DNA of 64,000 nucleotides from Candidatus Micrarchaeota archaeon (GCA_038046765.1 JBBSVN010000012.1:32001-96000); one strand, 5' to 3'; counted from the first letter of the stretch, positions 19,214 through 28,932 are shown. The notes: generated by a model not told the origin, from the letters alone. Numbers and translations: made by a program.

Positions 19214-19744
19214 TTATCCTTTTTCTTCTAATCTGTTTACGGCGTCATGTAAAAATGAATGAAGATTTTCCGATTTTTGGTGTGCGCTAGTATAAGCTAC
19301 GTAAATTGAAAAAGGCAAAAATACACAGATGCTTACAGCAATCATATAGTTCCAACTGGAATTTGTTTGAGAATCCGAAAGGCCACTATGGGACAAAGAC
19401 GCAAAAGCACTAAATAGAAAAGGAGAAGCTGCCGCACAGGCAACCATGAGTGGACCAGAAGTATCTTGTTTGTTACTATTGCTTAGTTTCATATCAAGTG
19501 CAATTGAATATAATTTACCTTGTTCACCATTACTTAATTCCATTAAGCGAAGTACCGTTCTTCGTTTGCTCGCTCTTAGATTTTGCCTAAGCGCTTGATC
19601 CTTTAAACCACATAAGCTCTTGTAGTAAATTTCTCCAAAATACATAAATTCTCTTCGAATCGAATCTCGTTTCGCTTCGCTAACTATCGATCGCGTAAGT
19701 AGTACATCTACCTGTCTTTTTGAAAATGCATTTTTAGTTCGCAT
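19214..19744 (-). CDS. Hypothetical two-TM protein
   Basis: 176-aa ORF with two hydrophobic segments. Confidence 0.55.
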   Translation of the reverse strand: MRTKNAFSKRQVDVLLTRSIVSEAKRDSIRREFMYFGEIYYKSLCGLKDQALRQNLRASKRRTVLRLMELSNGEQGKLYSIALDMKLSNSNKQDTSGPLMVACAAASPFLFSAFASLSHSGLSDSQTNSSWNYMIAVSICVFLPFSIYVAYTSAHQKSENLHSFLHDAVNRLEEKG

Positions 19745-19751
19745 TAAGAAT

Positions 19752-20057
19752 TCACTTCTTAACTACTTTTTCCTCCTTTAGAACTACTTTGGCAATCATG
19801 AAAACTACGAATGCAATTATGACAAAGTTAATTAGTGCGCTTAAGAAAGCTCCCCACTTTAATGCAATTGGGCCAATATCTAATGTTGCTAGTTCCCAAC
19901 CTCCTTTTGGCATGAATCCCGTTATCGTTGGCATTATGATGTTGTTAACTAATGACTGAATTAGGTTTGTAGATGCAATTCCCATAATAACAGCAATAGA
20001 TAGTCCAATTACTTTGTACTCCATTAAAAATTCTTTAAATTCAGCAAATATTTTCAT
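19752..20057 (-). CDS. mscL: Large-conductance mechanosensitive channel
   Basis: EFKEFL, IAVIMG, SLVNNIIMP, WGAFLSALINF. Confidence 0.9.
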   Translation of the reverse strand: MKIFAEFKEFLMEYKVIGLSIAVIMGIASTNLIQSLVNNIIMPTITGFMPKGGWELATLDIGPIALKWGAFLSALINFVIIAFVVFMIAKVVLKEEKVVKK

Positions 20058-20272
20058 CGTTTTTCACCTAATTTATTTTTTAGTAACCTAAACTTTTGTA
20101 AATCGTTTTCGATTATTTCGAAAGAAAAACTTTTTTCACTACATTCTCGTAGATACGATTAACACTAATATTATTATCGACGCAAGCGAAAATCGCTTAC
20201 GAGCAAGTGTAAGTTTGAAGTTTGCGAGATTTGTTTTCTAGTAACAAATAAAATAACAAGTGTATATAAATT

Positions 20273-20406
20273 TATTAGATGATGACCAAGGTGATCGCTG
20301 AGCCAAGCCCTAAGCTAGTGCTTGATTTCGTGTCAAACGAGATTGAGACAGGAGTAATCCGGCCACGGCCCCATGGCAGTGAAGATTGACGTGCGGTCTG
20401 ATAATA
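20273..20406 (+). ncRNA. C/D box sRNA with a 77-nt structured insertion; predicted guide for 16S Cm1402
   Basis: C ATGATGA 20279, 12-nt guide, D' CTGA 20298, C' GTGAAGA 20379, 12-nt guide, D CTGA 20398, terminal stem TATTA/TAATA. Confidence 0.82.
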
Positions 20407-20554
20407 TTTTTGTTTCGAGTTTTGGGTCTAGTGTCTCGACGAAAAAGGTAGCGAGTTCTGTGTCCTGTGCGGGTAGTGACGAAAATAATCACTTGCAGAC
20501 CCAAAAGTTAAGTGTCATAAGTTTTAGAGTCTAATAATTTTATTGTGCCTTAAA

Positions 20555-21385
20555 TTAATACTTGGCATTTAATCTTATCAGTCTTTTATACTGCCACACT
20601 CTTTCTTTAGCAATCTTAACATTGATATCTGCAGAATTTGTAGATCTATAAATGGCTTGCAATGCATAATTAGCCGCAGCAATTGAATGAGTTTTAACAT
20701 GCGCAGTTGCCATAGCTTGACCAGCTGCACGCGCAGCAGAACGAGCTGCGTTCTCTTCGCCTACCTCTCTAGCTGCAGCATGAGCATCAAGTGAAGCTTT
20801 GCGTACATCTGCCATTTTGAAGTTGCCAGTTTTTATCCATTTTTGCAGTGTTTCAATAGCATTTCTAGGTCGTTTGTCTTTTTGGTGGCTATCTTCAAAA
20901 TAATGTAAAATTCTCTTAACACAAGTAATTGCCCATATTGCTAAAGTTTTCTTTTCTGTTTTTTTGACAAGATCTAAAAGATAAGGGTCTATTTGTGCAA
21001 GTGAAAACTTTGGTTTGTCCTTAGTTTTATTTTGGTCTACCCTGAATTTTACAATTCTTTTAACAAGTTCATATGGGATCGGTTTATTAATCGGAAACTG
21101 AATAGAACCCTTTGCTTGTTTATAACTTGTTAGTTCTTTTTTAAAAGTAATTATTGCAGATGGAGTTGGATAAAATCCAACATGATTTTTGAATGCAGCA
21201 AAATGTACCAGATTCCCATTTAACTTAAATGTCGGAATCCCGTAGCTTATGGTTTCTTGCGATTCTGGTGCTAAATGTCGTATTACTTTACGCAATTTTT
21301 GTAAAATTAATTGAACATTTTTTGGTAATGTAAATATATAACTTTCTATATCCTTGAAAACTCTTTTTCGAAGGGCATTTTTCAT
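20555..21385 (-). CDS. DUF1801 (YdhG-like) domain fused to an Imm5-like helical domain
   Basis: ETISYGIPTF...HFAAFKNHVGFYP, then DKRPRNAI...AHAAAR...AARAAGQA. Confidence 0.75.
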   Translation of the reverse strand: MKNALRKRVFKDIESYIFTLPKNVQLILQKLRKVIRHLAPESQETISYGIPTFKLNGNLVHFAAFKNHVGFYPTPSAIITFKKELTSYKQAKGSIQFPINKPIPYELVKRIVKFRVDQNKTKDKPKFSLAQIDPYLLDLVKKTEKKTLAIWAITCVKRILHYFEDSHQKDKRPRNAIETLQKWIKTGNFKMADVRKASLDAHAAAREVGEENAARSAARAAGQAMATAHVKTHSIAAANYALQAIYRSTNSADINVKIAKERVWQYKRLIRLNAKY

Positions 21386-21479
21386 ATGCTTAGAACAACC
21401 TAAAGCCTTAAAAAAGAAAGTAAAATTATTATTGGGGGTTTGATAAAGAATATAAATACTAACGCTCGAAAGAATTAAT

Positions 21480-21929
21480 ATGTCAAACAACAGCGTAACA
21501 TTGCATAGAGTCCTTAAGGCAACACCTGAAAAGGTTTATCGCGCCTTTACCGATCCTAATGCGCTTGCTTCTTGGATACCTCCCTACGGGTTTGTGTGTA
21601 TTATCCATAGTATGGAAGTAAAACCAGGCGGAGCTTACAAATCATCATTCATCAATTTTTCTACTGGAAAAAAACATTCTTTTGGCGGAAAATATCTTGA
21701 AATTAAACCAAATGAATTCTTAAAATACACTGATAAATTTGATGACCTTAACTTGCCTGGAGAAATGATTACTTCGGTTTGGCTTAAGAAAGTTTCAACT
21801 GGAACAGAACTTAAAATAATCCAAGAAGGTATTCCAGCAGTTATACCAACTGAAATGTGCTATTTAGGGTGGCAGGAGTCATTAGAAAAATTAAAAAAGT
21901 TAGTTGAACCAGAGATTTCAGATTCCTAA
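21480..21929 (+). CDS. SRPBCC/AHSA1-like protein
   Basis: LHRVLKATPEKVYRAF...CYLGWQESL. Confidence 0.88.
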   Translation: MSNNSVTLHRVLKATPEKVYRAFTDPNALASWIPPYGFVCIIHSMEVKPGGAYKSSFINFSTGKKHSFGGKYLEIKPNEFLKYTDKFDDLNLPGEMITSVWLKKVSTGTELKIIQEGIPAVIPTEMCYLGWQESLEKLKKLVEPEISDS

Positions 21930-22029
21930 TTTTGTTATAAATAATATCGATGGAATTATAGGGCAATAACGCCTTAAGACCAATCGTAATAATTATAAAT
22001 CTTATACAAATATATGAACGGGGGAGAAT

Positions 22030-22905
22030 ATGGCAAAACAAAAAATAGTTCCATGTTTATGGTTTGATAAGGAAGCAGTGGAAGCTGCCGAATTCTACAC
22101 TTTAGTCTTTAATGACGCAAAAATAATACACAAGTCAATAATACGTAATACTCCATCGGGCGATTGCGATATTGTTGGTTTTCAGATCATGGGTTATAAT
22201 TTTATGGCCATAAGCGCAGGTCCACTCTTCAAGACTAATCCTTCAATATCCTTTCATATTAAATGCAAGAGCGTTGATGAAGTAGATAAAATTTGGGCAA
22301 TGCTTTCTACTCAAGGAAAGATCATGATGGAACTTGGAGAATATCCATTTAGTAAGCGGTATGGCTGGGTAGAAGATAAATACGGGGTCTCATGGCAGGT
22401 TATTTACATGGAAGGTAATTTTAAGCAAAGAATAATGCCTGCGCTTATGTTTACCAAAGATTTATCTGGAAAAGCACAAGATGCGATTAGTTTCTACGAA
22501 TCCGTTTTCCCTGAATCAAAATCTCACGTCTTTATGCGCTACGCTAAAGGCGAGGAGCCAGATAAAGAGGGTACGGTGAAATATGCACAGTTGATTCTTG
22601 CAGGTCAGGAATTTGGTGTTATGGATTCTGCTCATGCACACAAATTCAAATTTAACGAAGCGGTTTCCCTTATGGTCAACTGTAACGATCAAAAAGAAAT
22701 CGATTATTTTTGGAACAAACTTTCTGCAGTTGCGGAATTCGAACAATGTGGTTGGGTAAGAGATAAATTTGGCGTCTATTGGCAGATAATGCCAGAAAAT
22801 ATGGCTGAACTGATGGGGAAAAATCCAGATAAAACGACTCCCGCAATGCTTAACATGAAGAAAATTATTATTGCAGACCTAATACAAGCTGGGGAAGAAA
22901 AATAA
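22030..22905 (+). CDS. VOC family protein (tandem PhnB/3-dmu-9_3-mt domains)
   Basis: PCLWFD, YGWVEDKYGVSWQ, CGWVRDKFGVYWQ. Confidence 0.88.
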   Translation: MAKQKIVPCLWFDKEAVEAAEFYTLVFNDAKIIHKSIIRNTPSGDCDIVGFQIMGYNFMAISAGPLFKTNPSISFHIKCKSVDEVDKIWAMLSTQGKIMMELGEYPFSKRYGWVEDKYGVSWQVIYMEGNFKQRIMPALMFTKDLSGKAQDAISFYESVFPESKSHVFMRYAKGEEPDKEGTVKYAQLILAGQEFGVMDSAHAHKFKFNEAVSLMVNCNDQKEIDYFWNKLSAVAEFEQCGWVRDKFGVYWQIMPENMAELMGKNPDKTTPAMLNMKKIIIADLIQAGEEK

Positions 22906-22925
22906 AAATAAAACGGTGAATAAAC

Positions 22926-23381
22926 ATGCAACAAAATGAAGTTGAATCAACTGGTCACAATCGACAAATCTTCGTTAATCTGGCCGTAAAAGATCTTAAG
23001 AAAACAATCGAGTTTTTTACAAAATTAGGTTTCAAATTTAATCCTCAATTTACTAATGAAAATGCAACCTGTATGATTATTGGAAAAGATTCTTATGTAA
23101 TGCTACTAGTTGAAAAATTCTTCAAAGGATTTATTCCAAATAAACAAATTTGTGATGCAAAAAAGAATACTGAAGTTCTTGTTGCACTATCCGCTGCAAG
23201 CAAAGAAGAAGTTGATCAAATGATAAACATAGCTATTGCAGCTGGTGGAAAAGAATATCGCGAAACCCAAGACTACGGATGGATGTATGGACGCGCTTTT
23301 GAAGATCTTGATGGCCACATTTGGGAACTAGGGTATATGGACATGGATAACCTTCCAGAAGAAATGAAAAATAAAAAGTAA
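22926..23381 (+). CDS. VOC/glyoxalase family protein
   Basis: IFVNLAVKDL, MYGRAFEDLDGHIWE. Confidence 0.88.
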   Translation: MQQNEVESTGHNRQIFVNLAVKDLKKTIEFFTKLGFKFNPQFTNENATCMIIGKDSYVMLLVEKFFKGFIPNKQICDAKKNTEVLVALSAASKEEVDQMINIAIAAGGKEYRETQDYGWMYGRAFEDLDGHIWELGYMDMDNLPEEMKNKK

Positions 23382-23413
23382 AAAACTTAAGAAAATAAAT
23401 AAGGACATTTGAG

Positions 23414-23827
23414 GTGAAAAATATGGTTATGAATCCAGTAGTACATTTTGAATTACCAGCAGAAGATAGAAAGCGATCAAGTAAATTTTATACCGAAGCT
23501 TTTGGTTGGCAGATGAATCATCTAGGAAAAGATATGGGAGAGTACATAATCGCCATGACAACTGAGTCTGATGAAAAAGGGCCAAAAAAATTAGGTGTAA
23601 TTAACGGCGGAATTTATCAAAAAACAAAAGAAATGCCACCTCAATATCCATCGGTTGTAATTTCAGTTGACAATATTCAAGAGTCAATGAAAAAAGTAAT
23701 CTTGGCTGGGGGTAAATTACAAGGGGAACCAATGGAAATTCCAGGTGTCGGACAATACGTTTCCTTTGTCGATACTGAAGGTAATAGGTTAAGTATGCTT
23801 CAGCCTGCACCAATGATGCAAAAATAA
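23414..23827 (+). CDS. VOC/glyoxalase family protein
   Basis: VVHFELPA, INGG, FVDTEGN. Confidence 0.88.
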   Translation: MKNMVMNPVVHFELPAEDRKRSSKFYTEAFGWQMNHLGKDMGEYIIAMTTESDEKGPKKLGVINGGIYQKTKEMPPQYPSVVISVDNIQESMKKVILAGGKLQGEPMEIPGVGQYVSFVDTEGNRLSMLQPAPMMQK

Positions 23828-23831
23828 AAAA

Positions 23832-24617
23832 TTAAATATTAATTTTTTCTAGTACAATCTTAAGTCCGTTTGCTGATAAAAAACCAAGTGAAAATGCGTG
23901 GAACGGATTTAGAATGAACATTGAATAAATAATGCCTAGCACCCATGCAGCAACCCCAAATATAATCTGGTGTTTTGTCTTAGTTGGGCTGGTTCTAGGT
24001 TCAGTTACCATAAAAAATGCTCCAAAAAACGGAAAGTATGCTAAACCTGCAGTTCCGGCCATTAAGAAGATCGTGATCGTATAAGTAATAAGATATGTCA
24101 CGCTCGCTGTAATTCTTTTTATTTTTATCGCAACAAGTAATCCCAGAATTACTAATGCTCCAGTTCCAATTAAATTCTGCAAGCTACTATTGCCCCAGCC
24201 TAGTAAAAATTGCTCTCCAGTTGTTAATACACCTGTTGCTGATAATAAAATAATTGCGCTAAACATTCCTAAAGAAGCTGGATTAAATATGGGTTTTTTT
24301 TCAAAGCGAATAATATGTTTTAGTAACATCGATATTGCTGAAACTGCGCCTATTAATAAGTACTGGCCAGGCATGATTATATTTGCAATTATTAATGCAG
24401 CGATAGTCGCTGAATCCCCATATATAATTTTCTTTGTCTTTATGTACGTAATCCCTATGTCAAATGCTTGGGCGATTATTACTGCCAAAATTCCTGAAAG
24501 TATGACTCTATCGTATCCGAAACTCGAAGCGTTTAGTAACGCAGTAACAATCAATGCTATTATAATTAACTTATACGCATCTGGTAATTTTTTTTCAATA
24601 TCTCTAAGTAATTTCAT
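23832..24617 (-). CDS. Stand-alone RnfD/NqrB-like membrane protein
   Basis: IFNPA and FFMVTEPRTSP motifs; multi-TM. Confidence 0.75.
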   Translation of the reverse strand: MKLLRDIEKKLPDAYKLIIIALIVTALLNASSFGYDRVILSGILAVIIAQAFDIGITYIKTKKIIYGDSATIAALIIANIIMPGQYLLIGAVSAISMLLKHIIRFEKKPIFNPASLGMFSAIILLSATGVLTTGEQFLLGWGNSSLQNLIGTGALVILGLLVAIKIKRITASVTYLITYTITIFLMAGTAGLAYFPFFGAFFMVTEPRTSPTKTKHQIIFGVAAWVLGIIYSMFILNPFHAFSLGFLSANGLKIVLEKINI

Positions 24618-24688
24618 TTTATCTACCTACAAATAGTTTGTTGATTTCTATTATTCTTATATAATCGTACTTTAGTTTAATTTAAAAA

Positions 24689-26683
24689 TCATCTATAAAA
24701 ATTCAAATCCTTCTTCTTTATTACAATGTATCCAATTATGATTGCTAAAACTACAAAGTATGACGATAGCGCGGCAAAGTCTGCAATCGGGTCTCCATTT
24801 GTTATCAAAACTACTTTGAATATGTTCGTTACGTGAGCTAGCGGAAGCAACTGCTGCAGGACTTGCGTATAATTTGGTAATAAATCAGGAGAAAATAAAA
24901 TATTTCCAAGGAAAAGCATTGGTATTGCGAGCATAAGAGCTCCTTGAATTGCTGCTGATTCTGTTTTAGCATAAAAACCAATCAAAAGTCCTATCGAAGC
25001 TAGTACTAATCCAGATATAATTATTCCAGTTAAAAGTAGTGATATATCATTTGGCATGCTTACACCAAATAGTCCGACTGCAATAATTATTATCAAAAAT
25101 ATCTGCCCTATTGAAAGCAATACTATTGTGATTAATTTTCCAAATATTAAACTTCCAAGAGAGCCTGGTGCCATTAACGCTCTGATTATTGTTCCGTTTG
25201 TTTTTTCCTTTACTAAGCTAATTGATGCTAGTAGGAAACAAGAAAGTAGTAGCGAAATTGATATTACCTGCGGCATTAGAAAATCAACAAAACTCGAACG
25301 AGTATACTGGTTTTCAAGTTTTACTGAAAGCGGTTCTGCAATCTGATCTGGATTTTTTCCTGTTTGTGTTGCGACTGTTTTTTGCAGTGATCCTATAAGT
25401 TTATCTACTGAACCTGTCTGATCAAGTATCTGGTCAAATACTTCATTTATATCTCCTATTGTGGAATTTATTCTTTCTAATACTGTTCGTAATTTGCTGA
25501 TTTGAAGTTGTGCGCTTGCAAATGAGCTGTTCAAGTTAGTCAGGCTTTGATCTGCTTTACCCAGCGTAGCTATTAGTTTTGCCTGTTCATTGCCGTTTAT
25601 TTGTTTTGTTAGGCTAATTTGTGTTGCGTAATTACTTATCTCTAGTTTAATTGATTGTAATGTTACATTTAACTGTTCTAATTGTATTGTTTCGTTTAGT
25701 GCATCCTTTCTTTGTTGCTCTGTACTATTTCTAAGTGCTTCTAATGAAAATATTTGGATGTCAAGTGCGGTCACAGTTATATTTGCCGAACTGCTGTTAG
25801 AATTTTGTACTTGCGCCCTTAGGAACTTAAGCGCACTAATCGATGTATTGAGGTTAGCGATATTCGTGTTTAAGTTTTTAGTTTGTTTTACTAATTTATC
25901 GTGACTATCTTCAAGTATTGTTATTGCCTGATTTACTGCCTTACTGGAATTATCTATAAAATTCTCGCTTTGATTAAATAATTGCTCGTTTTGCATCGAT
26001 GCATTTTGCAATTCTGCTTTTTGACTTGCTAATATCTCCTTAAGGTTAGTTGTCTGGTCTGCTGCACTTGTTATTGAGTTTTCAAGAGATCCGATATCCA
26101 GTGAACTGATGTTTTCCTTTATCTGATTTAAAATCAATTTAGTTTCCCTCATCCTAACCTGGCTTTGTGTTATTTGTGCTCCAAGCGATGCTGCAGTTGC
26201 ATTAAGAGATTTTAAGTCATTCCAAGCTGAACTTACATATGTTTTTGTTATGTTGACTGATGATGCTTGTACTACTGATGACATTGCTGAAATTATTGCC
26301 TGCTCAAGGGCAAGGTCGGAGTTATCAATTATAATTCTTATTTGGGATTTGTTTTCGGTTGATAGAGCATACTCAAAATTTTGAGGTATTACTATTAATG
26401 CTCTTAATTGCCCGTTTTTAAGTGTGTCCCGTGCCTCATCTTCCGTTGGAAATGATTTTACATTAAATGCCTTTGATTCATTTAACTCTTCTAAAAGTGC
26501 AGAACTAAATGTCGTATTTTCAGATGAAACTAATCCTATTGGCAATCCTTTTATATCGATTGAACGAAAAGAGCTGCCCATAAATAGCATTATAAAAATT
26601 GGAAAAATAATTAACGCAGTAAGCATAGTCTTGTCGTGCGATATTTCCCGAAATTCCTTTTTTATTGCCGATAAAAGCTTCAT
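24689..26683 (-). CDS. ABC-2 type permease with a large extracellular coiled-coil insert
   Basis: IKKEF, KEKTNGT, C-terminal TM bundle, heptad-rich middle. Confidence 0.85.
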   Translation of the reverse strand: MKLLSAIKKEFREISHDKTMLTALIIFPIFIMLFMGSSFRSIDIKGLPIGLVSSENTTFSSALLEELNESKAFNVKSFPTEDEARDTLKNGQLRALIVIPQNFEYALSTENKSQIRIIIDNSDLALEQAIISAMSSVVQASSVNITKTYVSSAWNDLKSLNATAASLGAQITQSQVRMRETKLILNQIKENISSLDIGSLENSITSAADQTTNLKEILASQKAELQNASMQNEQLFNQSENFIDNSSKAVNQAITILEDSHDKLVKQTKNLNTNIANLNTSISALKFLRAQVQNSNSSSANITVTALDIQIFSLEALRNSTEQQRKDALNETIQLEQLNVTLQSIKLEISNYATQISLTKQINGNEQAKLIATLGKADQSLTNLNSSFASAQLQISKLRTVLERINSTIGDINEVFDQILDQTGSVDKLIGSLQKTVATQTGKNPDQIAEPLSVKLENQYTRSSFVDFLMPQVISISLLLSCFLLASISLVKEKTNGTIIRALMAPGSLGSLIFGKLITIVLLSIGQIFLIIIIAVGLFGVSMPNDISLLLTGIIISGLVLASIGLLIGFYAKTESAAIQGALMLAIPMLFLGNILFSPDLLPNYTQVLQQLLPLAHVTNIFKVVLITNGDPIADFAALSSYFVVLAIIIGYIVIKKKDLNFYR

Positions 26684-27420
26684 TTAGTCACCTTTGATAC
26701 TCCCTCGGGTTTTACTAAATGTGCAAAAACATCTTCCATTTGTTTTAGTTTGTATTTTGTTTTTAACTCGTTAGGCGTTCCACTTGCAACTATTCTTCCA
26801 GCAAACATTATTGCAACTCTGTCGCAAAGTTCTTCAATTTCTTCCATGTAATGTGATGTAATAACTATTGTTTTTTTCAATTTATGAAGTTCTTTAATAA
26901 TTAACCAGATCTCCCTTCTTACAACTGGGTCAAGTCCAACTGTCGGTTCATCAAGAAATATTATCTTAGGTTCATGTATTAGCGAACAAGCCATATTTAA
27001 TCTGCGTTTCATTCCACCTGATAGATTGCTTGCAATGACATTTTTTTTGTCTGTTAATTTCATATCCTGCAAAAGTTTGCTTATTCTTGTTTTTATGTCT
27101 TTACCATTGACACCAAATTGCTCCGCAAAAAATTCAAGATTTTCCAATACGCTTAAAGTTTCATAAAATGAGTTTTCTTGAGTTACAAATCCGATATCTA
27201 GAGATGAAATTTCTCCGATATTTTTCCCAAGTATTGTAATTGACCCTGACGAGGCTGGAATTAATTTTGATAGCATGTTAAATGTCGTAGTCTTTCCAGA
27301 ACCATTTGATCCTAGCATTCCAAATATTTCTCCTTCTTCAACTGTAAATGAAATATTGTCTACAATTATCTTTTCTTTGATAATTTTGACTAGTTCTGTT
27401 ACGTGGACTGCAACTACCAT
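26680..27420 (-). CDS. ABC transporter ATP-binding protein
   Basis: GSNGSGKT, LSGGM, LDEPT. Confidence 0.95.
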   Translation of the reverse strand: MVVAVHVTELVKIIKEKIIVDNISFTVEEGEIFGMLGSNGSGKTTTFNMLSKLIPASSGSITILGKNIGEISSLDIGFVTQENSFYETLSVLENLEFFAEQFGVNGKDIKTRISKLLQDMKLTDKKNVIASNLSGGMKRRLNMACSLIHEPKIIFLDEPTVGLDPVVRREIWLIIKELHKLKKTIVITSHYMEEIEELCDRVAIMFAGRIVASGTPNELKTKYKLKQMEDVFAHLVKPEGVSKVTK

Positions 27421-27501
27421 ATATCTTATGGTACTTTTAGGGTTTTTAAATACCTCTTTTTTATAATTCTTTTATTAATCTTTGGCATACAAAGTAAATC
27501 T

Positions 27502-27945
27502 ATGCAAATCAAAACAGTCAATTCTACAAAAGAAATTCAAAGAATCGTTCCTGTGTTTATCAAAATATTTGGCTCCACACCATTTAATGAAAAATGGTCG
27601 ATAGATCAGGCATACAAACGACTTTTGTTCTTACACTCGCTTGGAAAAAAATTCTGCTTTTATATTGTCGAGTCTAACGAAATTCTTGGTTTTATGTTTT
27701 GTCGCGTTATGGTGTGGCCCGAAGGCTATCGCATTTTTGTTGAGGATATGGGCGTACTTCCAGAACATCAACATAAAGGTTTAGGCAAATTATTAATCGA
27801 AGAACTTGAAAAACAGGCTAGTATTTTTGGAATTAAAACAATCGAACTAGAAATTCTTGATGAATCAACTGGTGCTTCGTTTTGGCCTAAATTTGGGTAC
27901 AAATATTCTAAACGAAAGGTATTTTCTAAAACTATTATCCAATAA
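27502..27945 (+). CDS. GNAT family acetyltransferase
   Basis: VLPEHQHKGLG, FWPKFGY. Confidence 0.85.
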   Translation: MQIKTVNSTKEIQRIVPVFIKIFGSTPFNEKWSIDQAYKRLLFLHSLGKKFCFYIVESNEILGFMFCRVMVWPEGYRIFVEDMGVLPEHQHKGLGKLLIEELEKQASIFGIKTIELEILDESTGASFWPKFGYKYSKRKVFSKTIIQ

Positions 27946-27952
27946 GGATTAA

Positions 27953-28930
27953 CTAGCAGTAATCGCTCGTTTTACCTGCTGTACCATCTGCTCCTGGTAA
28001 GTTCCTTATAACTTTTTGGTCTTCAATGGGTAAGTTGTCAAACCAACATATCGCATGAAATGCGAACCATCTAATTGGCCAATGTTTTTGTCTGTAACTT
28101 GGATTCTTAGACGCCTGATTTTCTTTTCTTAGGTCATAAACGCCCCAATCGAAAAATACATTGTTTGGTAAACCCACTTTAATTGCAATAAGATCCCCCT
28201 TCTTAATCTGAATTGGAGGGGTGCTCGTAGTTCTAGAGTCCTGTTCTTTAGCTTCTGGAAAATCATTTGCTAATTTATTAAATTCTGCAGATAGTTCAAG
28301 AAGATGTCCTAAACGGTACATTATTCCACATGAATTAACTATATCAAAAGCGTATTGGATAGTTCCACCTTCTAAGTATCTAGCACCTCGCCAAACATAA
28401 CCATCAAAAGGTGCGCGAACCTCAATTTCATTATTTTTTTGGTTATCAAATCTAAATCCACCATGAGGTTTGTAATCATCCCCTGTGTTTACATTTTGTC
28501 CTCTATACTGACCCGGGTATAACATTGATGTTACTTTGCTTAGATCAGTTGGATTTTGAAATAGGACAGGCCCACAATCTGGCGGGTTTCCAGTTGGTAT
28601 CCAATTATTTCCAGAATAGTTATAATCCCATTCTACATTTTGATTCGTTATTTGTCCGATTATATTTTGTAGTTTAGGGATAAATTCTGGAAATATCATT
28701 TCTTGTGGCACGTTACTATTGCTTTGATTAATCTGGGATTTATTATCAGAACCATTTTGTGAGTAATTTTGAAAACTATTTTGCTCAATTGGGGAGCCCG
28801 TAATCGCCGATGTATTATTTGGTGCAATAAATTTGTCATTGTAATTATTTTGTTTAGGTACTGCTGCACAACCCATAAATAAAGTAGCTACAAGAAGCAA
28901 AATCAAAGTAACTGTAAAATTTCTTTTCAT
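27953..28930 (-). CDS. Putative lipoprotein with an M23-like (hybrid-motif) domain
   Basis: Lipobox FMGC; HGGFRF, VRAPFDG, YRLGHL, IKKGDLIA. Confidence 0.6.
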   Translation of the reverse strand: MKRNFTVTLILLLVATLFMGCAAVPKQNNYNDKFIAPNNTSAITGSPIEQNSFQNYSQNGSDNKSQINQSNSNVPQEMIFPEFIPKLQNIIGQITNQNVEWDYNYSGNNWIPTGNPPDCGPVLFQNPTDLSKVTSMLYPGQYRGQNVNTGDDYKPHGGFRFDNQKNNEIEVRAPFDGYVWRGARYLEGGTIQYAFDIVNSCGIMYRLGHLLELSAEFNKLANDFPEAKEQDSRTTSTPPIQIKKGDLIAIKVGLPNNVFFDWGVYDLRKENQASKNPSYRQKHWPIRWFAFHAICWFDNLPIEDQKVIRNLPGADGTAGKTSDYC

Positions 28931-28932
28931 GT

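Noticed and set aside
20310..20504. 64-aa minus-strand ORF
   Set aside because: It overlaps the C/D RNA and structured element on the opposite strand, has a TTG start and shows no protein features
20101..20506. Hammerhead ribozyme in the three-way junction elements
   Set aside because: No CUGANGA and GAAA core in the required arrangement on either strand
21940..22020. Possible fluoride riboswitch (GATGG...AACGC) upstream of the VOC genes
   Set aside because: The P1 stem and the GCURAUGAC pseudoknot partner are missing
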